From: an uncultured Acidimicrobiia bacterium | GTDB lineage: Bacteria > Actinomycetota > Acidimicrobiia > Acidimicrobiales > AC-14 | Direction of reading: 5' to 3' | NCBI GenBank assembly: GCA_963836205.1 | Contig: CAWIIV010000017.1 | Span: 128,001-192,000, forward strand | DNA length: 64,000 bases | Shown here: one piece after another, positions 40,302-50,825 of the stretch | How positions within the stretch are numbered: position 1 is the stretch's first letter | Layout: each line of letters begins with the position of its first letter | Translations under genes and position numbers: made by a program | The notes under the pieces: model-generated | Seen by the model: the letters and a program-made list of their open reading frames with translations, nothing else | What the model was told of the DNA's origin: nothing | Databases searched by the model: none

Positions 40302-41498
40302 ATGCGAGGTCACGTCGCAAAGAAGGGCAACCGCTACTACGCCGTCATCTACGAGGGCATCGATCAGGCCACTGGCCGCCAGCGCCACCGCTGGTACGCA
40401 GGCGGCGCCACCCGCAGGGAGGCCGAGAAGCTCCTCGCCGAGATGGTCAAGCGCAGTCACGACGGTGACTATCGGGCGCCCGAGCGGATCACCCTCGGTA
40501 CCTACCTCGAAGAGCGCTGGCTGCCTGCCAAGCGGGCCCAGCTCCGGCATTCGACCTGGGACTCATACCGGCGCAACGTCGAGATCCACGTCCAGCCCCG
40601 CATCGGCAACATCCCGCTGCAGCGGCTCACCCCGGAGGACCTCGACGCCTTCTACGCCGGGCTGCTCGTCGATGGGCGACGCAACGGTGCCGGTGGCGGC
40701 CTATCGCCCCGTTCGGTGCGGATCATCCACGGGATGCTGCGCAAGGCTCTCGCCGACGCCTGCCGCAAGGGCAGCCTGGTGCGCAATGTCGCCGATCTGG
40801 CCGACCCACCCAAACCCAGCGCGTACGGCAGCAAGGAGATGCGGGTCTGGATGCCGGCCCAGCTCCGCCAGTTCCTCGACGAGATCGACGACCACCGCCT
40901 CGCTCCGGCCTTCTTCCTCTCCGCCAACACCGGGATGCGGCGAGGCGAGGTGCTCGGGCTGCGATGGGACGACGTCGACCTCGACGCCGCTCGCATCTCG
41001 GTCCGTCACGCCGTGCTCAACGTCGCCTACGAGCTCATCCTCGCCGACGTGAAGACCAAGTCGAGCAGGCGCACGATCGACCTCGACGCCCGAACCGTCG
41101 CCGTGCTGCGGGGGTGGCGGAAAGCACAGCTGGAGGAACGACTCGCACTCGGGCGCCGGCCCGACGACGACGGGATCGTGTTCGCCGCGCCCGACGGTGG
41201 CCCGACTCACCCCGACCTGTTCAGCCAGACCTTCGACCGCCACGTCGCCAAGTCGACGCTGCCCCGCATCCGCCTGCACGACCTCCGCCATACACACGCC
41301 ACGATCCTGCTTAAGGCCAGAGTCCCCGTGAAGGTGGTCAGCGAGCGCTTGGGCCACAGCAGTCCGGCGTTCACCATGACCGTCTACCAGCACGTCTTGC
41401 CAGGCATGCAGGCCGATGCTGCGGCGATGTTCGGCGATGTGGTCTTCGGCGAGGAGCGGAACGCGCCACAGCAGCAGCCTGAAGCGAGTCCAGTCTGA
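40302..41498 (+). CDS. Tyrosine integrase of element A (intact)
   Basis: AGGAGG RBS; TGMRRGEVLGLRW, RLHDLRHTHA, LGHS..TMTVYQH. Confidence 0.96.
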   Translation: MRGHVAKKGNRYYAVIYEGIDQATGRQRHRWYAGGATRREAEKLLAEMVKRSHDGDYRAPERITLGTYLEERWLPAKRAQLRHSTWDSYRRNVEIHVQPRIGNIPLQRLTPEDLDAFYAGLLVDGRRNGAGGGLSPRSVRIIHGMLRKALADACRKGSLVRNVADLADPPKPSAYGSKEMRVWMPAQLRQFLDEIDDHRLAPAFFLSANTGMRRGEVLGLRWDDVDLDAARISVRHAVLNVAYELILADVKTKSSRRTIDLDARTVAVLRGWRKAQLEERLALGRRPDDDGIVFAAPDGGPTHPDLFSQTFDRHVAKSTLPRIRLHDLRHTHATILLKARVPVKVVSERLGHSSPAFTMTVYQHVLPGMQADAAAMFGDVVFGEERNAPQQQPEASPV

Positions 41499-41547
41499 GG
41501 CGACCCCCGCCTTCGTTACGGTGTAGCCACATGCCGGGAAGGCGGGG

Positions 41548-43941
41548 GTGGTGACCAACAAGAAGGCGCTGAGCGAGTCGGACATCTGCGACCGCTTCAT
41601 CACGCCAGCGGTCACCAGGGCCGGCTGGGCGCCCAACCGATGGCGGCGCGAGTACGGGTTCACCGACGGCAAGATCATCGTTCGGGGCAAGCTGGTCGCA
41701 CGGGGCAAGCGCAAGCGCCTCGACTACCTGTTGTTCCACACGCCGAACCTGCCGATCGCCTTGATCGAGGCGAAGGACAACAGCTACTCGGTCGGCTCGG
41801 GCATGCAGCAGGCCCTCGCATACGCGGAGCTGCTCGACGTGCCGTTTGTATTCAGCTCGAACGGCGACGGGTTCCTGTTCCACGACCGAACCGGAACGCT
41901 CGCACACATCGAGCAGACGCTGACCCTCGATGAGTTCCCCTCGCCCGAGACCTTGTGGGACCACTACAGGCAGTGGCGCAGTCTCGAGAAGGCCGACGAG
42001 GACGTCGTCTCCAGCTCGAACTACGTCGAGGCCGGCGGCAAGGAGGCCCGGTACTACCAGCAACTCGCCATCAACCGCACCGTCGAGGCGGTCGCCCGGG
42101 GTCAGCGGCGCCTCTTGCTGGTCATGGCCACCGGGACAGGCAAGACCTACACCGCCTTCAACATCATCTGGCGGCTCTGGAAGAACAAGACCGCCAAGCG
42201 AGTGCTGTTCCTGGCTGATCGCAACATCCTCGTGGACCAGACGATCCAGAACGACTTCCGCCCTTTCGGCGGGGTCATGAAGAAGCTGAACCGGGGCCTG
42301 GTCGACGAGCACGGCCGTATCGACACCTCGTACGAGATCTACCTCGGGCTCTACCAGGCGATCATGGGCAGTGAGGACAAGGAGCCGATCTACGACAAGT
42401 TCCCGAAGGACTTCTTCGATCTCATAGTGATCGACGAGTGCCACCGGGGCTCAGCGGCGGAGGATTCGGCGTGGCGGGAAGTCCTCGCCTACTTCGACTC
42501 CGCCATCCAGCTAGGAATGACGGCCACTCCGAAGGAGACGAAGTACGTCTCGAACATCCACTACTTCGGTGAGCCGGTCTACACGTACTCCCTGAAGCAG
42601 GGCATCGAGGACGGGTTCCTCGCCCCCTACAAGGTGGTGCGCGTCGATCTCGACCACGATCTCCTCGGATGGCGCCCCGAGGAGGGCCAGGTCGACGACG
42701 CCGGCGAGCTGATCGAGGATCGTATCTACAACCCGAAGGACTTCGACCGCGACATCGTCTTCCCGCAGCGGGACACGCTCGTCGCCGAGCGAATCTCGTC
42801 GTTCCTGCACGGCACCGACCCGATGCACAAGACAATCGTGTTCTGCCAGAGCATCGACCACGCGGAGCGGATGCGGCAGGCCCTCGTGAATGTGCCCGAG
42901 AACGCACCCCTCGTCCACGTCGACCACCGCTACGTCATGCGGATCACGGGGGACAACGATGAGGGCAAGGCCCAGCTCGACAACTTCATCGACCCCAAGC
43001 GGCCCTACCCAGTGATCGCCACCACGTCGAAGCTGATGAGCACCGGCGTTGACGCCCAGACCTGCCATGTCATCGCCCTCGAACAGCGGATCCAATCGCT
43101 CACCGAGTTCAAGCAGATCATCGGCCGCGGTACCCGCCTGCGTCCCGACTACGGCAAGTACTTCTTCACGATCATCGACTTCCGAAAGGCCACCGAGCTG
43201 TTTGCCGACCCTGATTGGGACGGCCCACCAATCCAGATCTACGAGGTACCCGAGAGCGCCGAAGACGTCACCCCACCCGACCCGACTCTCGCCGACGAGC
43301 CGATTGAGGACGAGATCGACGTGATCCTCGCCGACCCCGACCACGTCATCGACGACGCCGAGCTCGACGACGATGACCGCCACGTCTACGTGGTGAGTGG
43401 CGTGACATTCACCGTGGTCGCCGAGCGGGTGCAGTACTACGACCGCGACGGCAAGCTAATCACCGAGTCGCTCAACGACTACACCCGGCGCACGGTGCAG
43501 GAGGAGTTCGCCACGCTCGGCGAGTTCCTCAAGCGGTGGAACAACGCCGAACGAAAGCAGGTGATCGTCGACGAGCTACTGGAGCGGGGCGTGCTGCTCG
43601 AAGCGCTGGAAGCCGCCACCGGCGGCGGGCTGGATCCGTTCGACCTGATCTGCCATGTTGCTTTCGACCAGCCGGCACTCAGCCGCCGGGAACGGGCCGA
43701 TAACGTGCGCAAGCGCGACGTGTTCACCAGGTACGGCGACCAGGCCCGTGAGGTCCTCTCCGCCCTCCTCGAGAAGTACGCCGACCAAGGCCTCGGCTCG
43801 ATGGGTGAGATCGAGGTCCTCAAGCTTGACCCGTTCCCCGAACTAGGGACACCCATCGAACTGGTCCGTAGGTTCGGCGGACGCGACCAGTACCTCGCCG
43901 CGCTGCGCGAGATCGATGCCGCCCTTTACGAACCCGCCTGA
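41548..43941 (+). CDS. hsdR: Type I restriction enzyme R subunit (EcoAI-like)
   Basis: LDY..IEAK nuclease motif, MATGTGKT, DECHRG, TATP, QIIGRGTR. Confidence 0.95.
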   Translation: MVTNKKALSESDICDRFITPAVTRAGWAPNRWRREYGFTDGKIIVRGKLVARGKRKRLDYLLFHTPNLPIALIEAKDNSYSVGSGMQQALAYAELLDVPFVFSSNGDGFLFHDRTGTLAHIEQTLTLDEFPSPETLWDHYRQWRSLEKADEDVVSSSNYVEAGGKEARYYQQLAINRTVEAVARGQRRLLLVMATGTGKTYTAFNIIWRLWKNKTAKRVLFLADRNILVDQTIQNDFRPFGGVMKKLNRGLVDEHGRIDTSYEIYLGLYQAIMGSEDKEPIYDKFPKDFFDLIVIDECHRGSAAEDSAWREVLAYFDSAIQLGMTATPKETKYVSNIHYFGEPVYTYSLKQGIEDGFLAPYKVVRVDLDHDLLGWRPEEGQVDDAGELIEDRIYNPKDFDRDIVFPQRDTLVAERISSFLHGTDPMHKTIVFCQSIDHAERMRQALVNVPENAPLVHVDHRYVMRITGDNDEGKAQLDNFIDPKRPYPVIATTSKLMSTGVDAQTCHVIALEQRIQSLTEFKQIIGRGTRLRPDYGKYFFTIIDFRKATELFADPDWDGPPIQIYEVPESAEDVTPPDPTLADEPIEDEIDVILADPDHVIDDAELDDDDRHVYVVSGVTFTVVAERVQYYDRDGKLITESLNDYTRRTVQEEFATLGEFLKRWNNAERKQVIVDELLERGVLLEALEAATGGGLDPFDLICHVAFDQPALSRRERADNVRKRDVFTRYGDQAREVLSALLEKYADQGLGSMGEIEVLKLDPFPELGTPIELVRRFGGRDQYLAALREIDAALYEPA

Positions 43942-43952
43942 CCGGAGCGACC

Positions 43953-45416
43953 GTGTCCCTTTCGACCACCATCAAGTCCATCCAGGACATCATGCGCAAG
44001 GACGCCGGCGTGGACGGCGACGCCCAACGGATCGGTCAACTCGGCTGGATGTTGTTCTTCAAGATCTTCTCTGACCTCGAGATCCAAACCGAGCTCGAGG
44101 ACGATCACTACGAGTCTCCGGTCCCACCGTGGCTTCGGTGGGACGTATGGGCCAACGAGGACCTTGCCGGCACAAGCGCGCCGACCGGCGACGACCTCCT
44201 GGACCTCGTCGACAACTCCTTGTTCCCGGCGCTGAAAGAGCTGGACCTCGCGAGCTTCACCGGTGGGGCCCGCCTGCGGGCTGAGCTGCTACGCAGCGTC
44301 TTCGAAGGCGCCTTCAACTACATGAAGTCCGGCACGCTGATGCGTCAGGTGATCAACAAGATCAACCACGACCTCGACTTCAACGAGTCAAAGACCCGCC
44401 ACACGTTCGGCGAAATCTACGAGCAGATCCTCAAGGGCCTCCAGGGCGCCGGCAACGCCGGCGAGTTCTACACACCCCGCGCTGCCACGCAGTTCGCAGT
44501 CGACATGGTCAAGCCCCGATTCGGGGAGGTAGTGCTCGACCCGGCGTGTGGCACCGGCGGCTTTCTCACCTGCACCTACGAAAACGTTCGCCCTCAGGCC
44601 GACACCCTGCCGAGACTCACGCAGCTGAAGGCGAGTATCCGCGGCGTAGAGAAGAAGCCGCTCCCCCATCTGCTGTGCGTCACCAACCTTATGGTCCACG
44701 GGGTCGAGGTGCCGACGATCCGCCACGGCAACACTCTCGCCCGGCCGCTGCGCGATTACGGCCCGGCGGACCAGGTCGATGTGATCGTCACCAACCCGCC
44801 CTTCGGCGGAATGGAGGAGGACGGGATCGAGGGCAATTTCCCTGCCGAGTTTCGTACCCGGGAGACCGCTGACCTGTTTCTCGTGCTGGTGATGGAGCTC
44901 CTCAAGGACGGCGGTCGGGCGGCCATCATCCTGCCGGACGGGACGCTGTTCGGAGAAGGCATCAAGACCCGCATCAAGCGCAAGCTCCTGGAGGAGTGCG
45001 ACCTCCACACGATCGTCCGGCTCCCCAAGGGCGTCTTCGCGCCCTACACCACGATCAAGACGAACATCCTGTTCTTCACCAAAGGTGAGCCCACTAAAGG
45101 CGTCTGGTTCTATGAGCACCCATATCCCGAGGGCGCCAAGAGCTACTCGAAGACCAAGCCCATGCGGATCGAGGAGTTCGAGCCGGAAAAGGCGTGGTGG
45201 AACAACCGCGAGGAAACCGAGCGGGCCTGGATGGTCACCGCGGAGGATATCGCCAGTGGTGACTACAACCTCGACATCACCAACCCGAACACGGTCATCG
45301 AGGGCCACGAGGACCCCGACGTGCTGCTCGCCCGCTACGAGGAAGCGAACGCCGAGGTCGAAGAAGCCCGCGAGGCGTTGAAGTCCCTCCTCAGCGAATT
45401 ACTCGTTGGCGAGTGA
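43953..45416 (+). CDS. hsdM: Type I m6A DNA methyltransferase M subunit
   Basis: GEFYTPR, DPACGTGGF, TNPPF. Confidence 0.96.
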   Translation: MSLSTTIKSIQDIMRKDAGVDGDAQRIGQLGWMLFFKIFSDLEIQTELEDDHYESPVPPWLRWDVWANEDLAGTSAPTGDDLLDLVDNSLFPALKELDLASFTGGARLRAELLRSVFEGAFNYMKSGTLMRQVINKINHDLDFNESKTRHTFGEIYEQILKGLQGAGNAGEFYTPRAATQFAVDMVKPRFGEVVLDPACGTGGFLTCTYENVRPQADTLPRLTQLKASIRGVEKKPLPHLLCVTNLMVHGVEVPTIRHGNTLARPLRDYGPADQVDVIVTNPPFGGMEEDGIEGNFPAEFRTRETADLFLVLVMELLKDGGRAAIILPDGTLFGEGIKTRIKRKLLEECDLHTIVRLPKGVFAPYTTIKTNILFFTKGEPTKGVWFYEHPYPEGAKSYSKTKPMRIEEFEPEKAWWNNREETERAWMVTAEDIASGDYNLDITNPNTVIEGHEDPDVLLARYEEANAEVEEAREALKSLLSELLVGE

Positions 45417-47044
45417 TGTCCGCTCATACCTTGCTCGCGAACTTCGGCACGATCGTTGAGTCCCCCGACGGAGTTGCGCGCGCACGGACCCTCATCCTCG
45501 ATCTGGCAACGCTGGGACGGCTTACTGTGCGCATTCCGAATGACGACCAGCGCCGATCTTCGGACGACTCACGTTTAGACGAGCTCCCGCCGGGTTGGCG
45601 CTGGGTCCCCCTGGAGTCGACCGGCCGTCTCGTCACAGGGACGAGCGCGAACTCGCTCGCCAAGGAACGCCTGGCGAGCGTCCGATCTGGCGTCCCCTAC
45701 GTGGCAACCAAGGATGTCGGCTATGGAAATGAGGAGATCCGCTACGACACAGGCCTCCTGGTGCCCGAGGATTGCCTGGAGTATAAGCGTGCCCGTCCGG
45801 GTGCGGTCCTGCTGTGCCTCGAGGGCGGCAGCGCAGGCCGAAAGATGGGTATCACTGACCGTACGATCTGCTTCGGCAACAAGCTGCTCGCGAACGAGAC
45901 CTACGACGACGTCGACCCGACATATCTCCTCTATTGCTACCTATCGACGCGCTTCCAGACCGAGTTCAGGAGGAGGAAGACAGGGATCATCGGTGGAATC
46001 TCCAAGAAGGCAGTCGCCGAGATAGAGATCGCACTTCCTCCAATCGACGAACAGCACTTCATCGTTGCGAAGGTCGCTGAGCTGATGCGGCTCTGTGACC
46101 GACTCGAAGCCGGCCAAGCGCTCCGACAGCACGCTGCAACGCGGCTCAGGGAGTCCTCGCTCATGGCGCTGATCGCGGCCGAGAACCAAGAGAGTCTCAG
46201 CGCTGCTTGGTCTCGTCTTCGCGCCAACTGGAACGCTGTTACCAACGCCTCGAACGCAATCGACTCACTCCGCCAGACCGTTCTCCAGCTCGCCGTTCGG
46301 GGCAGATTGGTCCCGCGGGGCGAAACCTCGACCGGAACGGCAGGCGAGCTCGTCGAGGCCACGAGGGAGCGGCGCAAGCAGGTCGAGCACGAAAGGGGTC
46401 TTCGCCAACCGAAGAACCTCACCGAGATCAGCGAGGTTGCAAAACCCTTTGACCTACCAACGGGTTGGGCGTGGGCGCGGTTTTCCGAACTCGGTGAACT
46501 CGCCCGAGGCAGATCCCAGCACCGGCCGAGGAACGATCTGACGCTGTACGTCAATGGGGCCGTGCCTCTGATCCAGACGGGCGATGTGGCACGGGCCGTC
46601 GGCACGATTCAAACCTGGTCAACCACCTATAATGAGAAGGGCCTTGCCCAGAGCCGGCTTTGGCCAGCAGGCACGCTGTGTATCACGATCGCAGCAAACA
46701 TCGCCGACTCCGCCCTACTTGGCTTCGACGCGTGCTTTCCGGATAGCGTCGTGGGCTTTGTCCCATTCAAACCGATCCCGGACGCACGCTACTTCGAGTA
46801 CTTCATGCGAACCGCGCAGTCTTACCTCGAACAATTCGCTCCTTCTACGGCTCAGAAGAACATCAACCTCGCCATTCTCGACGAACTTCTGATTCCGCTC
46901 CCACCGGCCGAGGAGATGCACCGCATCGTGCAGCGGGTCGAGGCTCTGTTGGGTCTGTGTGACGTGCTCGAAGCACGACAGATGAACAGCGACACAGCCT
47001 CAGCCGAGCTCACAGGGTCCCTACTGCAAGCGATCGCGAGCTAG
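45413..47044 (+). CDS. hsdS: Type I specificity subunit
   Basis: Two TRDs (LPPGWRW..LPPIDEQ; LPTGWAW..LPPAEEMHRIV) with helical spacers. Confidence 0.93.
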   Translation: MMSAHTLLANFGTIVESPDGVARARTLILDLATLGRLTVRIPNDDQRRSSDDSRLDELPPGWRWVPLESTGRLVTGTSANSLAKERLASVRSGVPYVATKDVGYGNEEIRYDTGLLVPEDCLEYKRARPGAVLLCLEGGSAGRKMGITDRTICFGNKLLANETYDDVDPTYLLYCYLSTRFQTEFRRRKTGIIGGISKKAVAEIEIALPPIDEQHFIVAKVAELMRLCDRLEAGQALRQHAATRLRESSLMALIAAENQESLSAAWSRLRANWNAVTNASNAIDSLRQTVLQLAVRGRLVPRGETSTGTAGELVEATRERRKQVEHERGLRQPKNLTEISEVAKPFDLPTGWAWARFSELGELARGRSQHRPRNDLTLYVNGAVPLIQTGDVARAVGTIQTWSTTYNEKGLAQSRLWPAGTLCITIAANIADSALLGFDACFPDSVVGFVPFKPIPDARYFEYFMRTAQSYLEQFAPSTAQKNINLAILDELLIPLPPAEEMHRIVQRVEALLGLCDVLEARQMNSDTASAELTGSLLQAIAS

Positions 47045-47109
47045 CGCGTCGATACCTTCGCGTGGCCGAGGCGGCGTCTGCTGGCTCGCGGCGAGCTCGA
47101 GGGCCGAGG

Positions 47110-47575
47110 ACGCCCGTCCAAGAGGCGCTCATCCGCGCGCTCCTGCGTGGGAGACGAGCGGCCGCCGGTCCGCCGGGTTGGCTCGTCACGGTGGCGTGGC
47201 GGGCTTTCCTCGACATGGCGCGATCAGACACCGCACGTCGCGACCGAGATGTGCGGAACGGCAGGACGCCGCCGGCGGGTGCGGCCTCGAGTGCCGACGA
47301 CACCTTGCACCTGTACGAACCCTGCGCGCACCCGGACCTGACGCCCTCGTCGGCGGTGGCGGTGGCCCTGCGGTTGGCGGCCTGACCGCCGGAAAGATCG
47401 CGCAGGCCTACCTGGTCCCTGAACGCACGAGGGCACAGCGGATCAGCCGCGCGAAGCGGACGATCAGCGAGATCGGTGTCCAGGGCCCGGGCGACGCAGC
47501 CACCGTGATGCGGGCCCTCTACCTCGTCTTCAACGAGGGCTACTCCGGTGACGTCGATCTGGCCGCCGCCGGAGG
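47110..47575 (+). pseudogene. ECF42-like sigma factor remnant
   Basis: VQEALIRAL, WLVTVAWRAFLD, CAHPDL, AQRISRAKR, LYLVFNEGY spread over frames with a stop. Confidence 0.75.
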
Positions 47576-47743
47576 TAGGAGTGTCGTGCAGGCACCGGGT
47601 CACTGTCGCCCAGGTACCGGGGTCGCGTCCGGGAAGTGTCAGGTAGGTACCGGGGCCACGGTGTCCACTATGAACCGGGTCCGCACACAGGACCCCGTTA
47701 GAAGACGTTAGAAGAAACGTTAGAAGTCGGCCCGGGAACGCAG

Positions 47744-47769
47744 AGGGCCGGTGCTCTCGCACCGGCCCT
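47744..47769 (-). terminator. Hairpin downstream of the tRNA 3' end
   Basis: AGGGCCGGTGC-tctc-GCACCGGCCCT; related hairpins precede the att copies at ~22552 and ~30608. Confidence 0.55.
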
Positions 47770-47784
47770 GACCTGCTCGTTTCT

Positions 47785-47861
<77 letters not shown>

Positions 47862-47882
47862 GCGTAGAAAACAGGTTACCAC

Positions 47883-50813
47883 TCAGGCGGTGGCTGTGGT
47901 CGTCGGGGTCGTCGCGGGGGTGGGCGGCGACGCCGCGCTGACGGCGTCGGATGCCTGCTTGACGAGGGCCTTGGCCGCGTCCAACTCCTTCTGGTAGGTC
48001 CCCAGGTCGCCCCGGCGGAGGGCCTCGTCGGCGGCGGTGAAGTGGGCGTTGGCCTGGTCGAGGAGGCCGGCAATGGTGACGTCGACGACCGGCGGGGGCG
48101 TCTCCCCACCCGGCGGCGGCGTCCCGCCCGTGGGCGCGCCCTCGCCCTGGCGCTCGAGGGTGGACGGCGAGCTGCCGAACAGCACGGTCAGCGATTCCCG
48201 GAGCGAATCACGCATGACCACCCGGTCGCCCGCGACCACGATCACCTTCTTGAGCTGGGGGATGGGGGTGCCCTCGGCCTGGACGTACAGCGGCTGGATG
48301 TAGATCAGCGACTGGTTGACGGGGATGACCAGCAGGTTCCCGAACCGGACGTTCGAGCCGCCGGTGCCCAACAGGGTGATCTGCTGCGAGATCTCCGGTT
48401 GCTGGTTGATGCGGGCGCTCACGATGGCCGGCCCGTCGGTCTGTTTGGCCCGGGGCATGACGAACGCCTCCAGCCGGCCGTAGTTCGACGGATCGCTCTT
48501 GGCCACCATGAAGGCGGTGAGGTCCTTACGGCTGTCGTTGCGGGAGAAGGGGACGAACGGCTGCAGGATCAGGAAGTCCTCCCGCTCCTCGCCCGGCAGG
48601 CGCATGAGGAGGTGGTAGGGCTCCATCCGCTCCTCCCGGGCGACTGCGGGGGCCCCGCCCGGGGTCGTGGGATTCACGCCGCCGGGGGCGGTGGGGCCGA
48701 TCACGCCCGGCTTCTGGGCGATTTCCCAGGCGTCGGTGCGGTTGTAGAAGTTGGCCGGATCGGTGATGTGGTAGAGGCCGAACATGTTGGTCTGCACCCG
48801 GAAGATGTCCTCCGGGTAGCGGAAGTGGGCTCGCAGCTCGGCGGGGACCGACTCGCCGGCGGTGAACATCCCCGGGAACGCCTCGTCGTAGGCCTTGATG
48901 ATGGGGTCGTTGGGGTCGACGATGTAGAAGGTCATCTTGCCGTTGTAGGCGTCGATGACAACCTTCACCGAGTTGCGCACATAGTTGAAGTTGACGTTGA
49001 GGTCGCTGGTGTTCGGCAGCCGCGACGTGTCCGCCCGCTGCGAGTAGGGGTAGCGGCTGGTGGTCGTGTAGGCGTCGTAGATCCACTTGATCTGACCGTC
49101 GATGATCACCGGGTAGGGGTCGGAGTCGAAGCGGAGGAAAGGGGCCGCCTTGCGCACCCGCTCGTCGATGTTGCGGACGTAGATCGCCCGCGACTCCGAC
49201 GTGACCAGGCTGGAGATGAGCGGGTTCAGGTCGCCGAAGCGCAGGGCCAGCGCCGCCTGGCGGACGAAGGAGTTCATCCGCACCCCGCCGTCGCCCGAGT
49301 AGACGGTGGTGTGGTTGGTGCCGTCAGTGCCGGTGTAGTCGATCTCGGCCTGATTGGTCTTGACGATCGCGTAGCCGTCGACTCCCTGCCCGTAGTAGAT
49401 GGCGGGCTGACGCAGCGCGGGCTCGCCCACCGGCGGCAGGTCCTTCAGGCGGAAGTCGGGGTTGCTGTCGGGGGCGACGCCGGTGCTGGGCGTGAGGACA
49501 GCGCCGTAGCCGTGGGTGTAGACGAGGTGCTGGTTGACCCACGACTGGGACGGGATGCCGTTGACGTTGAGCTCCCGTACCGAGATGAGCGCCTGGGTGT
49601 CGAGGCCGTCGAGCGGGTAGCGATCCACGTCGACATCGTTGATCTGATAAAAGGTCCGGACCTCCTGGAGGCGGCGGTAGGTGTCCCGGACGATCGCCGG
49701 GTCCCAGAGCCGGATGTTGCGGATGGTGGCCTGGTTCTGCTCCAGGTCGGCGGCGGTGAGGGTGGTGTTGGCCTCGAAATCTCGTAGCTCGGTATTTCGG
49801 AGGTTGAACGCTTCCCGGGTGGCGGTGATGTTTCGCTCGATATAGGGGCGTTCCTTGGTGGACTCGGTGGGCTGCACCCGGAACTTCTGCACCGCGGCCG
49901 GGTAGGCGGCACCGATGACCACCGAGATGAGGGCCCACACCCCCACCGCGATCACGGGCAGGACCCATCCCCGGCGGAGGATGTTGACCAGGAACAGGGC
50001 GCAGGCGAAGAGGCTGATGAGCACCAGCAGGTTGAGGGCCGGAAGCTGGGCCTTCACGTCGGTGTAGCCGGCCCCGTCGACCACGCCCCGGCTGGAGTAC
50101 ACCAGCTCGTAGCGCTGGAGGAAGTACCCGGCCGCCTTGAGCAGGGCCAGCACCGCCAGCAGCACCGACAGGTGGGCCTTCACCTGCGGCGTCACCTTCT
50201 GCATCGGGGTCTGGAAGCGGATCCCGCCGTTGAGGTAGTGGGCGACGGCGGTGACGATGAGCACGATGACGATCGCGGCGAAGAGCCAGTCGGCCACGAA
50301 CTTCACGAAGGGCAGCTCGAAGACGTAGAAGCCGATGTCGCGCTTGAAGAGGGCGTCGTTGGCGCCGAAGGACTGCTGGTTGCGGAACAGCAGCCACGAT
50401 TGCCACTGGCCGGCAGCGCCGGGGCCTGCGACCAGGGCGAAGAGGGCGGCCACGCCGAGGCGAACCAGGCCGGCCCGGGCCCCGACCACCTCGTGATAGC
50501 GCTCGATGAACTGCTCCTCCGGCCCCATCGGTCGGAAGGTGGGGGCGAGGACGTCGGCGATGGCCAGGTTGGCCCACACGATGGCGAAGAACAGCAGCGA
50601 GAAGACGATGGCCAGGCCCACCTTGGCCCCGAGGACGCCCTGCCAGACGTCGGTGAGCCCGATCTCGTCGAACCACAAATAGTCGGTGTAGAAGCCGGCG
50701 ATCCCCCGCAGCGAGATGACGAGGAAGAAGACGGCCAGACCGATGACGACGAGGGCGACCCGCCGGGACGTGGAACCCCGTCGACGCCGGGGGAGATCGG
50801 TGGGCGCGCGCAT
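47883..50813 (-). CDS. UPF0182 family membrane protein
   Basis: YTDYLWF, GAGYTDV, NIRLWDP, HLVYTHGYG, NYVRNSVK, HFRYPED; usual neighbour of tRNA-Met in actinobacteria. Confidence 0.95.
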   Translation of the reverse strand: MRAPTDLPRRRRGSTSRRVALVVIGLAVFFLVISLRGIAGFYTDYLWFDEIGLTDVWQGVLGAKVGLAIVFSLLFFAIVWANLAIADVLAPTFRPMGPEEQFIERYHEVVGARAGLVRLGVAALFALVAGPGAAGQWQSWLLFRNQQSFGANDALFKRDIGFYVFELPFVKFVADWLFAAIVIVLIVTAVAHYLNGGIRFQTPMQKVTPQVKAHLSVLLAVLALLKAAGYFLQRYELVYSSRGVVDGAGYTDVKAQLPALNLLVLISLFACALFLVNILRRGWVLPVIAVGVWALISVVIGAAYPAAVQKFRVQPTESTKERPYIERNITATREAFNLRNTELRDFEANTTLTAADLEQNQATIRNIRLWDPAIVRDTYRRLQEVRTFYQINDVDVDRYPLDGLDTQALISVRELNVNGIPSQSWVNQHLVYTHGYGAVLTPSTGVAPDSNPDFRLKDLPPVGEPALRQPAIYYGQGVDGYAIVKTNQAEIDYTGTDGTNHTTVYSGDGGVRMNSFVRQAALALRFGDLNPLISSLVTSESRAIYVRNIDERVRKAAPFLRFDSDPYPVIIDGQIKWIYDAYTTTSRYPYSQRADTSRLPNTSDLNVNFNYVRNSVKVVIDAYNGKMTFYIVDPNDPIIKAYDEAFPGMFTAGESVPAELRAHFRYPEDIFRVQTNMFGLYHITDPANFYNRTDAWEIAQKPGVIGPTAPGGVNPTTPGGAPAVAREERMEPYHLLMRLPGEEREDFLILQPFVPFSRNDSRKDLTAFMVAKSDPSNYGRLEAFVMPRAKQTDGPAIVSARINQQPEISQQITLLGTGGSNVRFGNLLVIPVNQSLIYIQPLYVQAEGTPIPQLKKVIVVAGDRVVMRDSLRESLTVLFGSSPSTLERQGEGAPTGGTPPPGGETPPPVVDVTIAGLLDQANAHFTAADEALRRGDLGTYQKELDAAKALVKQASDAVSAASPPTPATTPTTTATA

Positions 50814-50825
50814 GGCGCGGTCAGC

